Source of the DNA: Chloroflexota bacterium
GTDB lineage: Bacteria > Chloroflexota > Dehalococcoidia > UBA2979
Reading direction: 5' to 3'
DNA: 64,000 nucleotides
Assembly: GCA_027593235.1 (NCBI GenBank)
Contig: JAQCIU010000001.1
Span: forward strand, 167,132-231,131
Under the pieces are notes generated by a model that was given only the letters and a program-made list of their open reading frames with translations, ran no database searches and was not told the DNA's origin. Every line of letters begins with the position of its first letter. The stretch's first letter is position 1. Below, one piece after another: positions 1 to 9,887 of this stretch. A program made the translations under genes and the position numbers.

Positions 1-120
1 CAACCGGCTCTGCCTCCGCTGCGCGAACGTTGGCGGGAGAGCATCGCGTCCGACAGTTCTGGGCGGGGGCAAGGTGAAAGTCGCGAAGATGCCGGTGGCG
101 GGAGGCGACTTGACGCTTCG

Positions 121-591
<471 letters not shown>

Positions 592-601
592 CATGGCCGC
601 C

Positions 602-1012
602 ATGAACATCACCATTCAGTCCAGTTTCTTGCCGCAGACCGATCCGGACACGTCCCTGGCCTTCTATCGCGACACCCTCGGTTTCGAGGTGCGCAACGAC
701 GTCGGCTACGAGGGGATGCGCTGGATCACGGTCGGTCCTCCCGATCAGCCCAGCACCTCGATCGTGCTGACGCCGCCCGCCGTCGATCCCGGTATTACCG
801 AGGACGAACGTCGCGCCATCCTCGAGATGATGGCGAAGGGCACTTTCGCCATGGTCGTGCTGGCCACGCCGGACCTCGATGCCGCCTTCGCGCGGATCCA
901 GGCGAGTGGCGCCGAGGTTGTACAGGAGCCGGCTGACCAGCCGTACGGCGTGCGCGACTGCGCCGTCCGCGATCCCGCGGGCAACCTGCTCCGCATCCAG
1001 GAGCAGCGCTGA
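602..1012 (+). CDS. VOC/glyoxalase-bleomycin resistance family protein
   Basis: [30 protein letters not shown] ... [13 protein letters not shown] fits the VOC fold. The start is ambiguous among GTG 584, ATG 593 and ATG 602. Confidence 0.75.
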   Translation: MNITIQSSFLPQTDPDTSLAFYRDTLGFEVRNDVGYEGMRWITVGPPDQPSTSIVLTPPAVDPGITEDERRAILEMMAKGTFAMVVLATPDLDAAFARIQASGAEVVQEPADQPYGVRDCAVRDPAGNLLRIQEQR

Positions 1013-1062
1013 GCCGTCCAACGGCGGCGACTCTATCGATGCGCACCCTAGGAGGGGACGTC

Positions 1063-1542
1063 ATGGCTGAGCGAAAACCAGCACGGCAGGGGGCGAAGCA
1101 GTCCGCCAAGAAGGCCGCCCAACAGGGGGCCGAGGGATTCAGCGACGAGGAACGGAGCGCGATCAAGGAGCGCGCAAAGGAGCTGAAGGCGAGCAAGCGT
1201 GCGGGTAAAGCGGACGGCGAGGCCGACGTGCTCGCGAAGATCGCCGAGCTGGCGGAACCAGACCGCGCTCTGGCAGTGCGCCTCCACGCGCTGATCAAGG
1301 CCAGTTCGCCGGCGCTTTCCCCGAAGACCTGGTACGGCATGCCCGCGTATGCCAAGAACGGCAAGGTCGTGTGCTTCTTCCAGGGCGCGCAGAAGTTCAA
1401 AACGAGGTACTCGACGCTTGGCTTCAGCGACGAGGCGAACCTCGACGACGGCAGCATGTGGCCGACCGCTTTCGCGCTGAAGGAGCTAACTGCCGCCGAG
1501 GAGGCGCGGATCGTCGCGCTCGTAAATCAAGCCGTGAGTTAG
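1063..1542 (+). CDS. DUF1801 (YdhG-like) domain protein with Lys/Ala-rich N-terminal tail
   Basis: [32 protein letters not shown] is a DUF1801-like core. A GGAGGGGA SD lies just upstream of ATG 1063. Confidence 0.7.
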   Translation: MAERKPARQGAKQSAKKAAQQGAEGFSDEERSAIKERAKELKASKRAGKADGEADVLAKIAELAEPDRALAVRLHALIKASSPALSPKTWYGMPAYAKNGKVVCFFQGAQKFKTRYSTLGFSDEANLDDGSMWPTAFALKELTAAEEARIVALVNQAVS

Positions 1543-1582
1543 CGCCGCGGCCGTCGCCGTCGGTGCCTGAGCGCGCCTGTTG

Positions 1583-2785
1583 CTAGATCGCTCCGGCCGC
1601 GCGCAACGCCTCGATGTCGCTGGCGCTGACTCCGAGGAGTTCGCCGAACACCTCGGCGTTGTGCTCGCCGGGGTGGGGAGCGCGGCGCGAGACGCGACCG
1701 GGCGTGCCGGTGAGCCGCGGGACGATACCCGGCTGCAACAGCGCGTCGCCCGAGGGTGCTTCGACCGTCAGTACCTGCTCCCGCGCCGCGTACTGCGGGT
1801 CCGCGACGATGTCGCTGGTGGCGTAGACCTTGGTGCACGGCACCGCGGCGGCGTCCAGGATCGCGAGGTTTTCCTCGAGCGTTCGTTGGGCGACCCAGGG
1901 GCGGATGATGTCGTGGATCGCGTGGGCGTTCGCGGTCAGCGTCTCGCGAGGGGTGAAGCGCGGGTCCTCGATCAGTTCGGGCTGGCCGATCGCGGCAGCG
2001 AGCCGTTCGAAGGTGCGCTGGGTGGTGGCATTGATAATCAGGTGGTGGCCGTCGCTGGTCTCGAACTGCTCGGCAGGGACGACGCCCGGGTAGTAGTTGC
2101 CGCTGCGCTCGCGGTTTTCGCCGCTGAGGCCGTAGTTCGGCAGGTGGGTGCCGCTCATTCGCCACGGCGCCTCGAACAGGCCCATGTCCACGTCCTGGCC
2201 ACGGCCGGTCTGTTCGCGGGCACGCAGCGCGAGCATCGCGCCGTAGGCGGCGAAGATGCCGGTGCCGTAGTCGGCGACGAAGTAGCCGGGGCGGACCGGT
2301 GGGCGATCGGGGTCGCCGGTGACGTACGTCATCCCGCTGAACCCGAGGGCGACGCGGTCGAAGCCGGTGCGGTCGCGGTAGGGGCCGGTCTGCCCGTAGC
2401 CGGAGATGCGAATCGCGATCAGCCCCGGGTTCTCCTCGCGCAGTTCGTCGGGCGAGAGACCCAGCCGCTCCAGCGTCCCCGGGCGGAAGTTCTCCACGAG
2501 GATGTCCGACGCCGCGCAGAGCTTGCGGAAGAGCGCCTTGCCGTCGGGGTGTTGGAGGTTGATCGTCACCCCGCGCTGACCCCGATGGTCCTGCGCGAAC
2601 TGGACCGAGCGCACTGCCGGGTTGTCTGGCGATTCAACCTTGATCACGTCCGCGCCGAACTCCGCGAGCAGTGTCGCGGTGAACGGGCCGGCGATGATCT
2701 GCCCGGCGTTCACGACCCGGACGCCGTCGAGCGCCCCCGGGAGCGCCGAGGGCAGCGCGCCCTCCTCGGAAGCCGCGTTTGTCAT
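1583..2785 (-). CDS. Family III (CaiB/BaiF) CoA-transferase
   Basis: ALDGVRVVNAGQIIAGPFTATLLAEFGADVIKVE and GFDRVALGFSG are family hallmarks. The 538-aa track ORF has an Arg-rich 5' over-extension, so I chose ATG 2785 (MTNAASEE). Confidence 0.85.
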   Translation of the reverse strand: MTNAASEEGALPSALPGALDGVRVVNAGQIIAGPFTATLLAEFGADVIKVESPDNPAVRSVQFAQDHRGQRGVTINLQHPDGKALFRKLCAASDILVENFRPGTLERLGLSPDELREENPGLIAIRISGYGQTGPYRDRTGFDRVALGFSGMTYVTGDPDRPPVRPGYFVADYGTGIFAAYGAMLALRAREQTGRGQDVDMGLFEAPWRMSGTHLPNYGLSGENRERSGNYYPGVVPAEQFETSDGHHLIINATTQRTFERLAAAIGQPELIEDPRFTPRETLTANAHAIHDIIRPWVAQRTLEENLAILDAAAVPCTKVYATSDIVADPQYAAREQVLTVEAPSGDALLQPGIVPRLTGTPGRVSRRAPHPGEHNAEVFGELLGVSASDIEALRAAGAI

Positions 2786-3102
2786 CAGGAGCGGAGCTTC
2801 ACGGCGGTGCCGTAGACGAGGACCTCGGAGGCGCCCTGCGCGATGCTCGAGGTGGCCATCCGCAACGCGACGATCGCGTCCGCGCCCTGGCTTTCCGCGT
2901 CGGCGGTCAGTACCTCGATCGCCTCGCTGCGCGACTCCACCAGCAGTTGCTGGTACGCCCCGATCTCGCCGCCGACGAGGTTCTTCAGCGCCGCCTGAAT
3001 GTCGCGACCGACGTGGCGTGCGCGGACGGCGTTCGCCACAACCATGCCGATCGTCCGTTCGATCTCGTGGTCGGGGAAGTCGTCGGCGGTCGTGATCAGC
3101 AT
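2785..3102 (-). CDS. YbjQ/UPF0145 family protein
   Basis: MLITTADDFPDHEIERTIGMV ... ADAIVALRMATSSI ... VLVYGTAVKL matches the family. Its TGA stop overlaps the downstream ATG (TGATG at 2783-2787). Confidence 0.75.
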   Translation of the reverse strand: MLITTADDFPDHEIERTIGMVVANAVRARHVGRDIQAALKNLVGGEIGAYQQLLVESRSEAIEVLTADAESQGADAIVALRMATSSIAQGASEVLVYGTAVKLRS

Positions 3103-3140
3103 GGCGGTTTCTCTCCTGGTTCTCGATTGCGGGCGGCGGT

Positions 3141-3686
3141 CTAGTCGACCTTCGTCGCCCGTTGTGGCTCCGCCTGACCCGCGGCCCAGCGCGGCACATA
3201 GTCCGACTGACGGCCCTGGATCTGCGCCGCGTGCATGCGGTCGTGGCGATAGTACGAACGCAGCCATTGAAGCACGGTCAACTCGCCGAAGAGCTGGTTC
3301 GACGCGGTACGCGCGTAGCCGTCGAGGGGGATCGAGGCGATCACCTCGAGCGTTCGGGCGCGCTGTGCGGTCAGCTCCGCGACGTGCGCCGGCAGCGCCG
3401 CGGTGTGCGCCAGCGCGTGCGGAATGGCGACCGGATCCGGGGTCGTGCCCACGGAGACGTCCGGACGGTCCTCGGTCAGGGCGCGCTGCACCCAGGCGCG
3501 GTAGCCCGTCTCCATCTCCGCGAGGTGGGAGAGCTGCTCCTTCACGGACCAGCCGGCCTCGCCTTCGCCCTCGGGCGGTCGCTGGTCAGCGTCGGCCTCG
3601 GCCGTGCCGGCGACGGCCGTGAGCAGCGCCGCGCGCTCCTCGGTCATCTTCGCGATCAGCTCGTCGATCTCGGCCTGTGTTGCCAT
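3141..3686 (-). CDS. DinB-family (DinB_2-like) protein
   Basis: EQLSHLAEMETGY and YYRHDRMHAAQI are His-containing helices typical of DinB. ATG 3686 (MATQAEIDELI) is chosen over the 213-aa track ORF. Confidence 0.7.
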   Translation of the reverse strand: MATQAEIDELIAKMTEERAALLTAVAGTAEADADQRPPEGEGEAGWSVKEQLSHLAEMETGYRAWVQRALTEDRPDVSVGTTPDPVAIPHALAHTAALPAHVAELTAQRARTLEVIASIPLDGYARTASNQLFGELTVLQWLRSYYRHDRMHAAQIQGRQSDYVPRWAAGQAEPQRATKVD

Positions 3687-3768
3687 CGCGGACCTCGCTT
3701 CGCGCCTGTGATAAGTGATTGTAGGGGCAGCGAGGACTGAACCTGACGCGCGCGGTAGAGTGTGCCGA

Positions 3769-5331
3769 ATGCCCACGATCAACCTCGCCTACAAGTGGCG
3801 CGCTCTCCTCGCTGTCTCGTTCGGCACGTACATGGCGACGATGGACTTTTCCATCATCAACGTCGCTCTGCCGACGCTGTCCGACGAGTTCAACCGCCCC
3901 GCGGACATCGTCATCTGGGCGTCGCTGACCGCCTCGCTGGTCTCGACTGGCCTGACATTGACGGCCGGGCGCGCGGGCGACCTCTTCGGCCGCAAGCGGA
4001 TCTACATGACGGGCTGGGTCGTCTTCGGGATCGGGTTGGTCTTCGCGAGCTTCGCGAACAGCATCGAGATGTTGATCGGCGTGCGTGCCATCCAGGCGGT
4101 CGGCGTCTCGATGGCCGTCGGCACCGGCAACGCAATCATCACCGAGGCGTTCCCCGACACCGAACGAGGCAAGGCGCTGGGCATTGTCGGTTCGATCGTC
4201 GGCGCCGGGCTGATGACCGGCCCGATCGTCGGCGGCATCCTGCTTGGCTTCGGTGACTGGCGCGCGCTCTTCTACCTGCGGATCCCGATCGTGTTCATCT
4301 CGTTCGGACTGGCGTGGTGGCTGATTCGCGACCTGGATCGCGAACGGCCGGTCGGCAAGCTCGACATCCCGGGAGCGATCACGCTCTTCGGGTTCCTTGC
4401 CACCGCATTGCTGGCCGTGAACCGCGGGCAAGCGTGGGGCTGGACCTCACCGGTGATCCTCGGGCTGTTCGCCGTGAGCGTGTCGTCGTTCATCACCTTC
4501 ATCCGCATCGAGCAGCGGTCGAAGAGCCCGGTACTGGCGTTGTCGCTCTTCAAGAGCCGCGCATTCAGCATCTCGATCGGCTCGCTCGTGCTCACGTTCC
4601 TCGGCCAGTCGGCCGGCCTCTTCTTGCTCCCGTTCTACCTCGTCGAAGTACGCGGATACTCCACCGTGCAGATGGGCCTGCTGCTCTCGACGATTCCGCT
4701 GATGATGCTGCTGTTGTCCACCTGGAGCGGGCAGGTTGCTGACCGCCATGGGTTCCGATACCAGACGACGCTTGGCGTCTCGATCGTCGCGGTCGGCCTG
4801 CTGTCGCTGTCCACGCTCAGCGCTGAGACCACCGCGCCGTTCATCATGCTGCGGCTGTCGATGATCGGAATCGGCGCCTCGATCTTCATGTCGCCGAACA
4901 GCAGCGACGTGATGGGCAGCGTTCCGCGCTCCGCGCTCGGTACGGCCTCGGCGAGCCTGGCCACGGCTCGGAACGTCGGGACATCGGTCGGGCTCGCGAT
5001 CTCCGGCGCGGTGCTGGTGTTCGTCGCGACCCGCTCTGCCGGCGTCGACGTGCACATCAGCACCAAGGAGCTGCCCCCGGAGGCGCTGCTGGACGGCATT
5101 CGTACCGCCTTCCTCGTCGCGAGTGGGCTGTCATTCCTCGGCGCGATCGCCTCGGCGATGAAGCCACCGGTGGCACGCGCTTCGCTGGGTGCGCCACCCG
5201 CCGCGGCGACGTTGACGCCAGCCGCCTCCAGCGCTTCGAGCGCCACGGCCGCCTCCAGTGCCGCGAACGCCTCGAGCGCCACAGGCGCCACGGGCGCCAC
5301 AGGTGCCACGGGTGGTGACGGCAGCGGCTAG
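3769..5331 (+). CDS. MFS transporter, DHA2/EmrB-like (14-TMS type)
   Basis: MDFSIINVALPTL and GRAGDLFGRKR motifs are present with many TM segments. Start is ATG 3769. The C-terminal tail is low-complexity Ser/Ala/Thr/Gly. Confidence 0.85.
   Translation: MPTINLAYKWRALLAVSFGTYMATMDFSIINVALPTLSDEFNRPADIVIWASLTASLVSTGLTLTAGRAGDLFGRKRIYMTGWVVFGIGLVFASFANSIEMLIGVRAIQAVGVSMAVGTGNAIITEAFPDTERGKALGIVGSIVGAGLMTGPIVGGILLGFGDWRALFYLRIPIVFISFGLAWWLIRDLDRERPVGKLDIPGAITLFGFLATALLAVNRGQAWGWTSPVILGLFAVSVSSFITFIRIEQRSKSPVLALSLFKSRAFSISIGSLVLTFLGQSAGLFLLPFYLVEVRGYSTVQMGLLLSTIPLMMLLLSTWSGQVADRHGFRYQTTLGVSIVAVGLLSLSTLSAETTAPFIMLRLSMIGIGASIFMSPNSSDVMGSVPRSALGTASASLATARNVGTSVGLAISGAVLVFVATRSAGVDVHISTKELPPEALLDGIRTAFLVASGLSFLGAIASAMKPPVARASLGAPPAAATLTPAASSASSATAASSAANASSATGATGATGATGGDGSG
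5278..5313 (+). repeat. Four tandem 9-bp units (gccacRggY) encoding (ATG)x4 in the MFS C-terminal tail
   Basis: Read directly: gcc aca ggc / gcc acg ggc / gcc aca ggt / gcc acg ggt, in frame with the CDS. Confidence 0.9.
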
Positions 5332-5396
5332 GCTGACGGCACGACGACCGCAACGACGGCGCTCCACGGCGTCGAGGACACCTCGGGGGTGACGTG

Positions 5397-6440
5397 ATGC
5401 AGATCGGTGTGGGCCTGGACGCCCGCCTGGGGCTCAGTTTCGAGGAGCAAGCGACGCTCAGCCGCGAGGCCGCGGAGCAGGGCTACACGAGCATCTGGAC
5501 GCCCGACGGCGCCGGGAACGACGGCTTCCAGCTCTGCGCGATGCGCTGGCAGGCCTCGAAGGATGTCGTGCCTGAGGGACTGGCGACCGGCATCTCCGTC
5601 TCGCCGGTGGCGTTTCGGTCGCCCGTTTCCTTTGCCAGTAGCGCCGGGACGCTCAGCCAGCTCACCGGCGGCAAGTTCTCGCTCGGCATCGGCACCGGCG
5701 GCATCTACCAGCCCAGCACGCGGCGCAACCTCGGCTTCCGTACGCAATCCTCGTTGGCCGTGATGCGCGACTACCTGATCACCACGCGCAAGCTGCTCGC
5801 CGGTGAAACCGTCGATTACGAGGGCGAAGCGGTCACGCTGCGTGGCATGCAGATGCCCGGATTCCGAACCGCGCCGAAGACCCCGGTGCTCCTCGGCGCG
5901 CTCGGCCCGAAGATGCTGGCGCTGGCCGGCGAGCTGTCCGATGGCGCCGCGATGAACTGGTGCAACCCGGAACGCGTGGCCTGGAGCCGTGAGCAGGTGA
6001 ACGAGGGCGCGCGCGCCGCCGGCCGCGACCCCTCCGAGTTGCAGCTCGTCGAGTACATCCGTGTTTCCGTCGATGAGGACCTCTCGCGGGCCCGTCGGGC
6101 GCTCGCTCAGGCCACGATGGGCTATGCTTTACGGGCCACGGTCCCGACCGAGCGCGAACGCCAGTTCGCGTACCGCGGACACTTCGAGCGCATGGGCTTC
6201 ACCGAGGAGCTGCTGGCCCTCGATGAAATGCGCAAGAAGAACGCCACGCAGGATGAACTGATCGACGCCTTTCCGGATGCTCTCCTCGATGCAGTTGGGG
6301 TGTACGCGACGCCGGAAACGGCTCGCGCGAAGTTCCAGGCGCTTGCGGCAGGCCTCGATGTTGCGATTGTCCGCGTCGTCAACGCACGGCCGGGCATTGA
6401 TTCGACTCGAGCGGTCATGCAGTCGTGCACGCCGAGCTAA
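5397..6440 (+). CDS. Luciferase-like monooxygenase (LLM) class flavin/F420-dependent oxidoreductase
   Basis: About 347 aa with an LLM TIM-barrel pattern (MQIGVGLDARLGLSFEEQATLSREAEQGYTSIWTPD). GGGGGTGA precedes ATG 5397. The cofactor cannot be decided by eye. Confidence 0.7.
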   Translation: MQIGVGLDARLGLSFEEQATLSREAAEQGYTSIWTPDGAGNDGFQLCAMRWQASKDVVPEGLATGISVSPVAFRSPVSFASSAGTLSQLTGGKFSLGIGTGGIYQPSTRRNLGFRTQSSLAVMRDYLITTRKLLAGETVDYEGEAVTLRGMQMPGFRTAPKTPVLLGALGPKMLALAGELSDGAAMNWCNPERVAWSREQVNEGARAAGRDPSELQLVEYIRVSVDEDLSRARRALAQATMGYALRATVPTERERQFAYRGHFERMGFTEELLALDEMRKKNATQDELIDAFPDALLDAVGVYATPETARAKFQALAAGLDVAIVRVVNARPGIDSTRAVMQSCTPS

Positions 6441-6462
6441 CGGCACCAAGGGAGATTCCGCG

Positions 6463-6822
6463 ATGAACACCACTAACGATCCGGCTGCCGTTGACGCCTA
6501 CCTTGCACCGCTGCCTGAGTCGGACCGCGACGCCCTGGAGCGCGTGCGTACGGTCGCGATGAAGCTGGTGCCGAAGGCGACGCAGCGCGTCAGCTACGGC
6601 GTGGTTGTGCTGGCACAGGGCGGCGACCTGGTCGCATTCGGCGCTGCCTCGAACCACCTGTCCCTCTACACGATGAGCCCGCCGCTGGTGGAAGCGATGA
6701 AGGACGACCTGGAGCGCTTCGAGGTCTCCGGATCCACGATCCAGTTCACGACCGACCTGCAGCTTCCCGCCAACCTGATCCAGAAGATCGTCCGCGCCCG
6801 CGTGAAGGCGAACAAGGGCTAA
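6463..6822 (+). CDS. DUF1801 (YdhG-like) domain protein
   Basis: MNTTNDPAAVDAYLAPLPESDRDALERVR ... VSYGVVVLAQGGDLVAFGAASNHLSLY fits the family. An AAGGGAGA SD precedes ATG 6463. The track ORF start at 6277 overlaps the upstream gene. Confidence 0.7.
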   Translation: MNTTNDPAAVDAYLAPLPESDRDALERVRTVAMKLVPKATQRVSYGVVVLAQGGDLVAFGAASNHLSLYTMSPPLVEAMKDDLERFEVSGSTIQFTTDLQLPANLIQKIVRARVKANKG

Positions 6823-6951
6823 CCGACCACCGGTCGCGCCGCTGATGCTGGGATCTCGGCGCGATCCACGCCGCCGCTCAACGCGGCGGAGCCCGCGCCC
6901 GGTGCTCGTGCGCGCGAATGCCCCACAGCGAACGACACCCTCGAGGGCTGC

Positions 6952-7401
6952 GTGACCGTCGAGCTGCGCGAGATCACGCGCGACAACCTGCGGGCCGTCC
7001 TCGATCTGCGGGTGACCAAGGAGCAGGACGCCGTCGTCGCGTCCAACGCGGTCTCGATCGCCCAGGCCCACTTCGAGCCGGACGCCTGGTTCCGCGCGAT
7101 CTACGTCGCCGATCAGCTGGTCGGCTTCGTCCAGGGCGTCGATATCCCCGGTGAACACTTCAGCTACCTGTGGCGCCTGATGATCGATGCGCAATACCAG
7201 AACCGCGGCTACGGCGCGGCAACGATGGCCCAGGTAATTGAACGCGCTGGCCAACAGACCGGGGTCGATCGGATCGTCCTCTCGTACCTCGATCACCCGA
7301 ATAGCGCCGCCGGCTTCTACGAGCGGCTGGGCTTCCGGCCGACCGGTGAGCGGGACGGTGACGACATCGTCGTGATGCTGCTGCTCCACGACGATGGGTG
7401 A
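6952..7401 (+). CDS. GNAT family N-acetyltransferase
   Basis: YQNRGYGAATMAQVIERA and FYERLGFRPTGE are GNAT motifs A and B. The start is GTG. Confidence 0.8.
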   Translation: MTVELREITRDNLRAVLDLRVTKEQDAVVASNAVSIAQAHFEPDAWFRAIYVADQLVGFVQGVDIPGEHFSYLWRLMIDAQYQNRGYGAATMAQVIERAGQQTGVDRIVLSYLDHPNSAAGFYERLGFRPTGERDGDDIVVMLLLHDDG

Positions 7402-7476
7402 ATGGCGACGCTGGACTAGAGTGGCCCCAGCGAATCCAAGATCGACAACGACTGACGCGGGAACGGGAGCACAACG

Positions 7477-8247
7477 ATGGCAGGCCTCGAGGGACGCACG
7501 GCGCTGGTAACCGGTGGCAGCCGTGGCATTGGCCGCGCGATCTGTCTGCGGCTGGCGAATGACGGCGCCGACGTGGCGATCAACTACGCCAACAACGCCG
7601 AGGCCGCCAACGCGGTCGCCGAGGAAGTGCGCGCCCTGGGGCGTCACGCCGAGGTCTACCAGGCCGACGTCGCCGACGAGGCCGCGGTCAACGCGATGAG
7701 CGAGCAGGCGATCAAGGACTTCGGTCAGATCTCCATCCTCGTGAACAACGCCGGCATCGGCTCCAGCGCCGTTGATCGCCCAACGATCACCGAGGCGACC
7801 CGCGCGCAGTGGGAACTGCTGTTGGGCGCGAACCTCTGGGGTCCGATCCACATGTGCCGCGCGCTGGTCCCGCACATGCGCGCCGCGGATCGCAGCGACG
7901 TCATCATGATTTCGTCCGTCGCCAGCCTGAACATGGGCCCGCGGATGGGCCTCTACTCGGTGGGCAAGGTCGGCGCCGAGGCGCTCGCGCACACCCTCGC
8001 CAAGGAGGAGCGCGAGCACGGCATGCGCGTGAACATTGTGGCGCCGGGCCTCGTGGACACGGACATGGGTCGGAAGCTGATTTCGCTGCTGCCCGGCCCG
8101 GACGACATGCGCGAACGTGACGCGTCCTCGCCGTTCGGCTTCGTCTGCACCCCCGCCGACATCGCGGCGGAGGTCGCCCACCTCGTGAGCGACGACGCCC
8201 GCTACGTCACCAACCAGCGCATCTACGTGAACGGCGGTGGCTTCTGA
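7477..8247 (+). CDS. SDR family oxidoreductase (FabG-like)
   Basis: TGGSRGIGRAI, NNAG and YSVGK (YxxxK) mark a classical SDR. Confidence 0.9.
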   Translation: MAGLEGRTALVTGGSRGIGRAICLRLANDGADVAINYANNAEAANAVAEEVRALGRHAEVYQADVADEAAVNAMSEQAIKDFGQISILVNNAGIGSSAVDRPTITEATRAQWELLLGANLWGPIHMCRALVPHMRAADRSDVIMISSVASLNMGPRMGLYSVGKVGAEALAHTLAKEEREHGMRVNIVAPGLVDTDMGRKLISLLPGPDDMRERDASSPFGFVCTPADIAAEVAHLVSDDARYVTNQRIYVNGGGF

Positions 8248-8299
8248 GCCTTCGGCTCCGCTAGCGCGCTTCGCCCCTCGGGGCGTGGCGACCGGCTGG

Positions 8300-9055
8300 C
8301 TAGGGCGCGGCTTCGGACCTCGCTGCTGCCTCGGTCGGTGGCACCAAGCCCCCTTCGGCGGCCGTGACCCGCCACGCCACCGCGAGCAGCGCCACGCCGA
8401 GGACCGCGAAGGCGACGCTCTCGAGGCCGAGCGCGTCGCTGCCGAGGACGGAGAGCGGCGTCAGCGCCACGCGTGTGAGCGCCGCGATGCCACCGAGGGC
8501 GATCGCTGCGCGCCGCGCGTCCAGCTGCGAGGACAGCAGCGCGCCGGCAGCCAGGAGCAGCAGCGCGGCCTCGATCAGTGGGGTGGCGAGACGGGTGTCG
8601 GAGAGGCCGGACATCGTAAAGCCGAGCGGGGCCGGCGCGGTCGTACCGCCGCAGGCGTCGCGTGCGACGCAGGCGATGTCGTAGCTGACGACCGTCACGG
8701 CGAGCCCGGCTGTCGCCGCCGCGAGCCAGACCAGCAACGACCCACGGTCGTTTCGGGTACGCCACGCGAGCACCGCCGCGACGGCGGCGAGACCGGCCAG
8801 TGGTTCGATGCCGCCCTGGATCCGGATCAGCACCAATGGGTCGGTGAGCGCCTCGGACGACTCGATCGCGACATAAACGAGACGACCGAAAACGACGAAG
8901 GCGAGGCCGCCGTTCCAGAACAGATCGCCGAGTTCGGTGCGGGGGAGTGCCAGCAGCCGGCTGAGCGTTCGCGTCGAGATCGTGAGCACCGCGGCGACGA
9001 TCAGCAGCGAGACCCACTCGCCGCGGACGGCGATCAACTCAGGAATTGCTGGCAC
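8300..9055 (-). CDS. Polytopic integral membrane protein of unknown function (weak Lgt-like features; single C-x6-C pair)
   Basis: At least 6 hydrophobic segments. The only cysteines are in DIACVARDACGG. The GTG start overlaps the tlpA-like stop (TAGTG at 9053-9057). Confidence 0.6.
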   Translation of the reverse strand: MPAIPELIAVRGEWVSLLIVAAVLTISTRTLSRLLALPRTELGDLFWNGGLAFVVFGRLVYVAIESSEALTDPLVLIRIQGGIEPLAGLAAVAAVLAWRTRNDRGSLLVWLAAATAGLAVTVVSYDIACVARDACGGTTAPAPLGFTMSGLSDTRLATPLIEAALLLLAAGALLSSQLDARRAAIALGGIAALTRVALTPLSVLGSDALGLESVAFAVLGVALLAVAWRVTAAEGGLVPPTEAAARSEAAP

Positions 9056-9624
9056 TACTCGGCACCGTTGCTGGCGCCGCGGTCGGTGCCGGCGAACGCC
9101 TCGGCGATCAGCAAGCGCAGGCGGGCCTCGGAGATCGGGCCGGAGTGCTTCGCCACGATCCCGCCGTTCGCGTCGAGGACATAAGTCGTGGGCAGGGCGT
9201 CTACGACATAAACAGCGTCAAACGAGCCATCGTCGAGGGCATGCGGGAAGTCTAGGCCGGCCTCCGCCGCGTAGGCGGTGGCATCGGCAACGGTGTCGTC
9301 GCTGACCACGCCGAGGAACTGCACGCCGTCGCCGGCGAGGTCTTTCGAGACGCGCTCGAGCATCGGCGCTTCCTCGCGGCAGGGTGGACACCACGAGGCC
9401 CAGGCGTTGATCACGAGCGGGTGACCTCGGAAGTCGGAGTCGCTGATCGTCGTTTCGCCATCGAGGAGCGTCAGCGAGAACGGTGGCGCCTCGGTGCGGG
9501 CGGGCACGGCGGTGCTGCCGAAGGCGAACCCGGCGACGAGGAGCGCGACCACGAGCGCCGCTCCGGCCAGCAGGAGACCGCGGGCGCTGCGGCGGCGGAG
9601 GTCGGGTGGCGACGCGGAGGGCAT
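9055..9624 (-). CDS. TlpA/ResA-family membrane-anchored thiol-disulfide oxidoreductase
   Basis: An N-terminal TM anchor is followed by a thioredoxin fold with a WCPPC active site (AWASWCPPCREEAPMLE). Confidence 0.85.
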   Translation of the reverse strand: MPSASPPDLRRRSARGLLLAGAALVVALLVAGFAFGSTAVPARTEAPPFSLTLLDGETTISDSDFRGHPLVINAWASWCPPCREEAPMLERVSKDLAGDGVQFLGVVSDDTVADATAYAAEAGLDFPHALDDGSFDAVYVVDALPTTYVLDANGGIVAKHSGPISEARLRLLIAEAFAGTDRGASNGAE

Positions 9625-9887
9625 GGGAAGAGCGTACCGGGACGGCGACGCTGAGGGACCGGACGAAACGTTCGAAGTGATGGAGCGAGCCCTCGTCGGA
9701 GCAGGGCCGCCCGAGTGCGGACACTCACTAAACGCACACCAGTGGCGCTTGCCCGTCCGGCTGGATACCTGCGCTGAGGATGTCCACGCCCGGGTGTCAG
9801 GCTGTAGTGCGCAGCGGGTCTGCTACGTGAGGGGATTTCCCACGTTCCGGGTCTCACGAGCGGAACGCGTGACCCGATCTTCATAGC

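Noticed and set aside
6415-8181. A 588-aa minus-strand ORF. The same class includes 35312-36898 (-), 61342-62706 (-), 1580-2815 (+), 15510-16955 (+) and 30565-31653 (+).
   Set aside because: All are antisense or out of frame relative to genes with clear family motifs, and all show the Arg/Gly/Asp/His-rich composition of non-coding frames in high-GC DNA.
9625-9887. A possible riboswitch or ncRNA in the 263-bp region upstream of the cyclase gene.
   Set aside because: I saw only a generic hairpin (CACGTTCCG...CGGAACGCGTG). I could not recognise c-di-GMP or any other riboswitch consensus. A covariance-model scan (Rfam/Infernal) would be needed.
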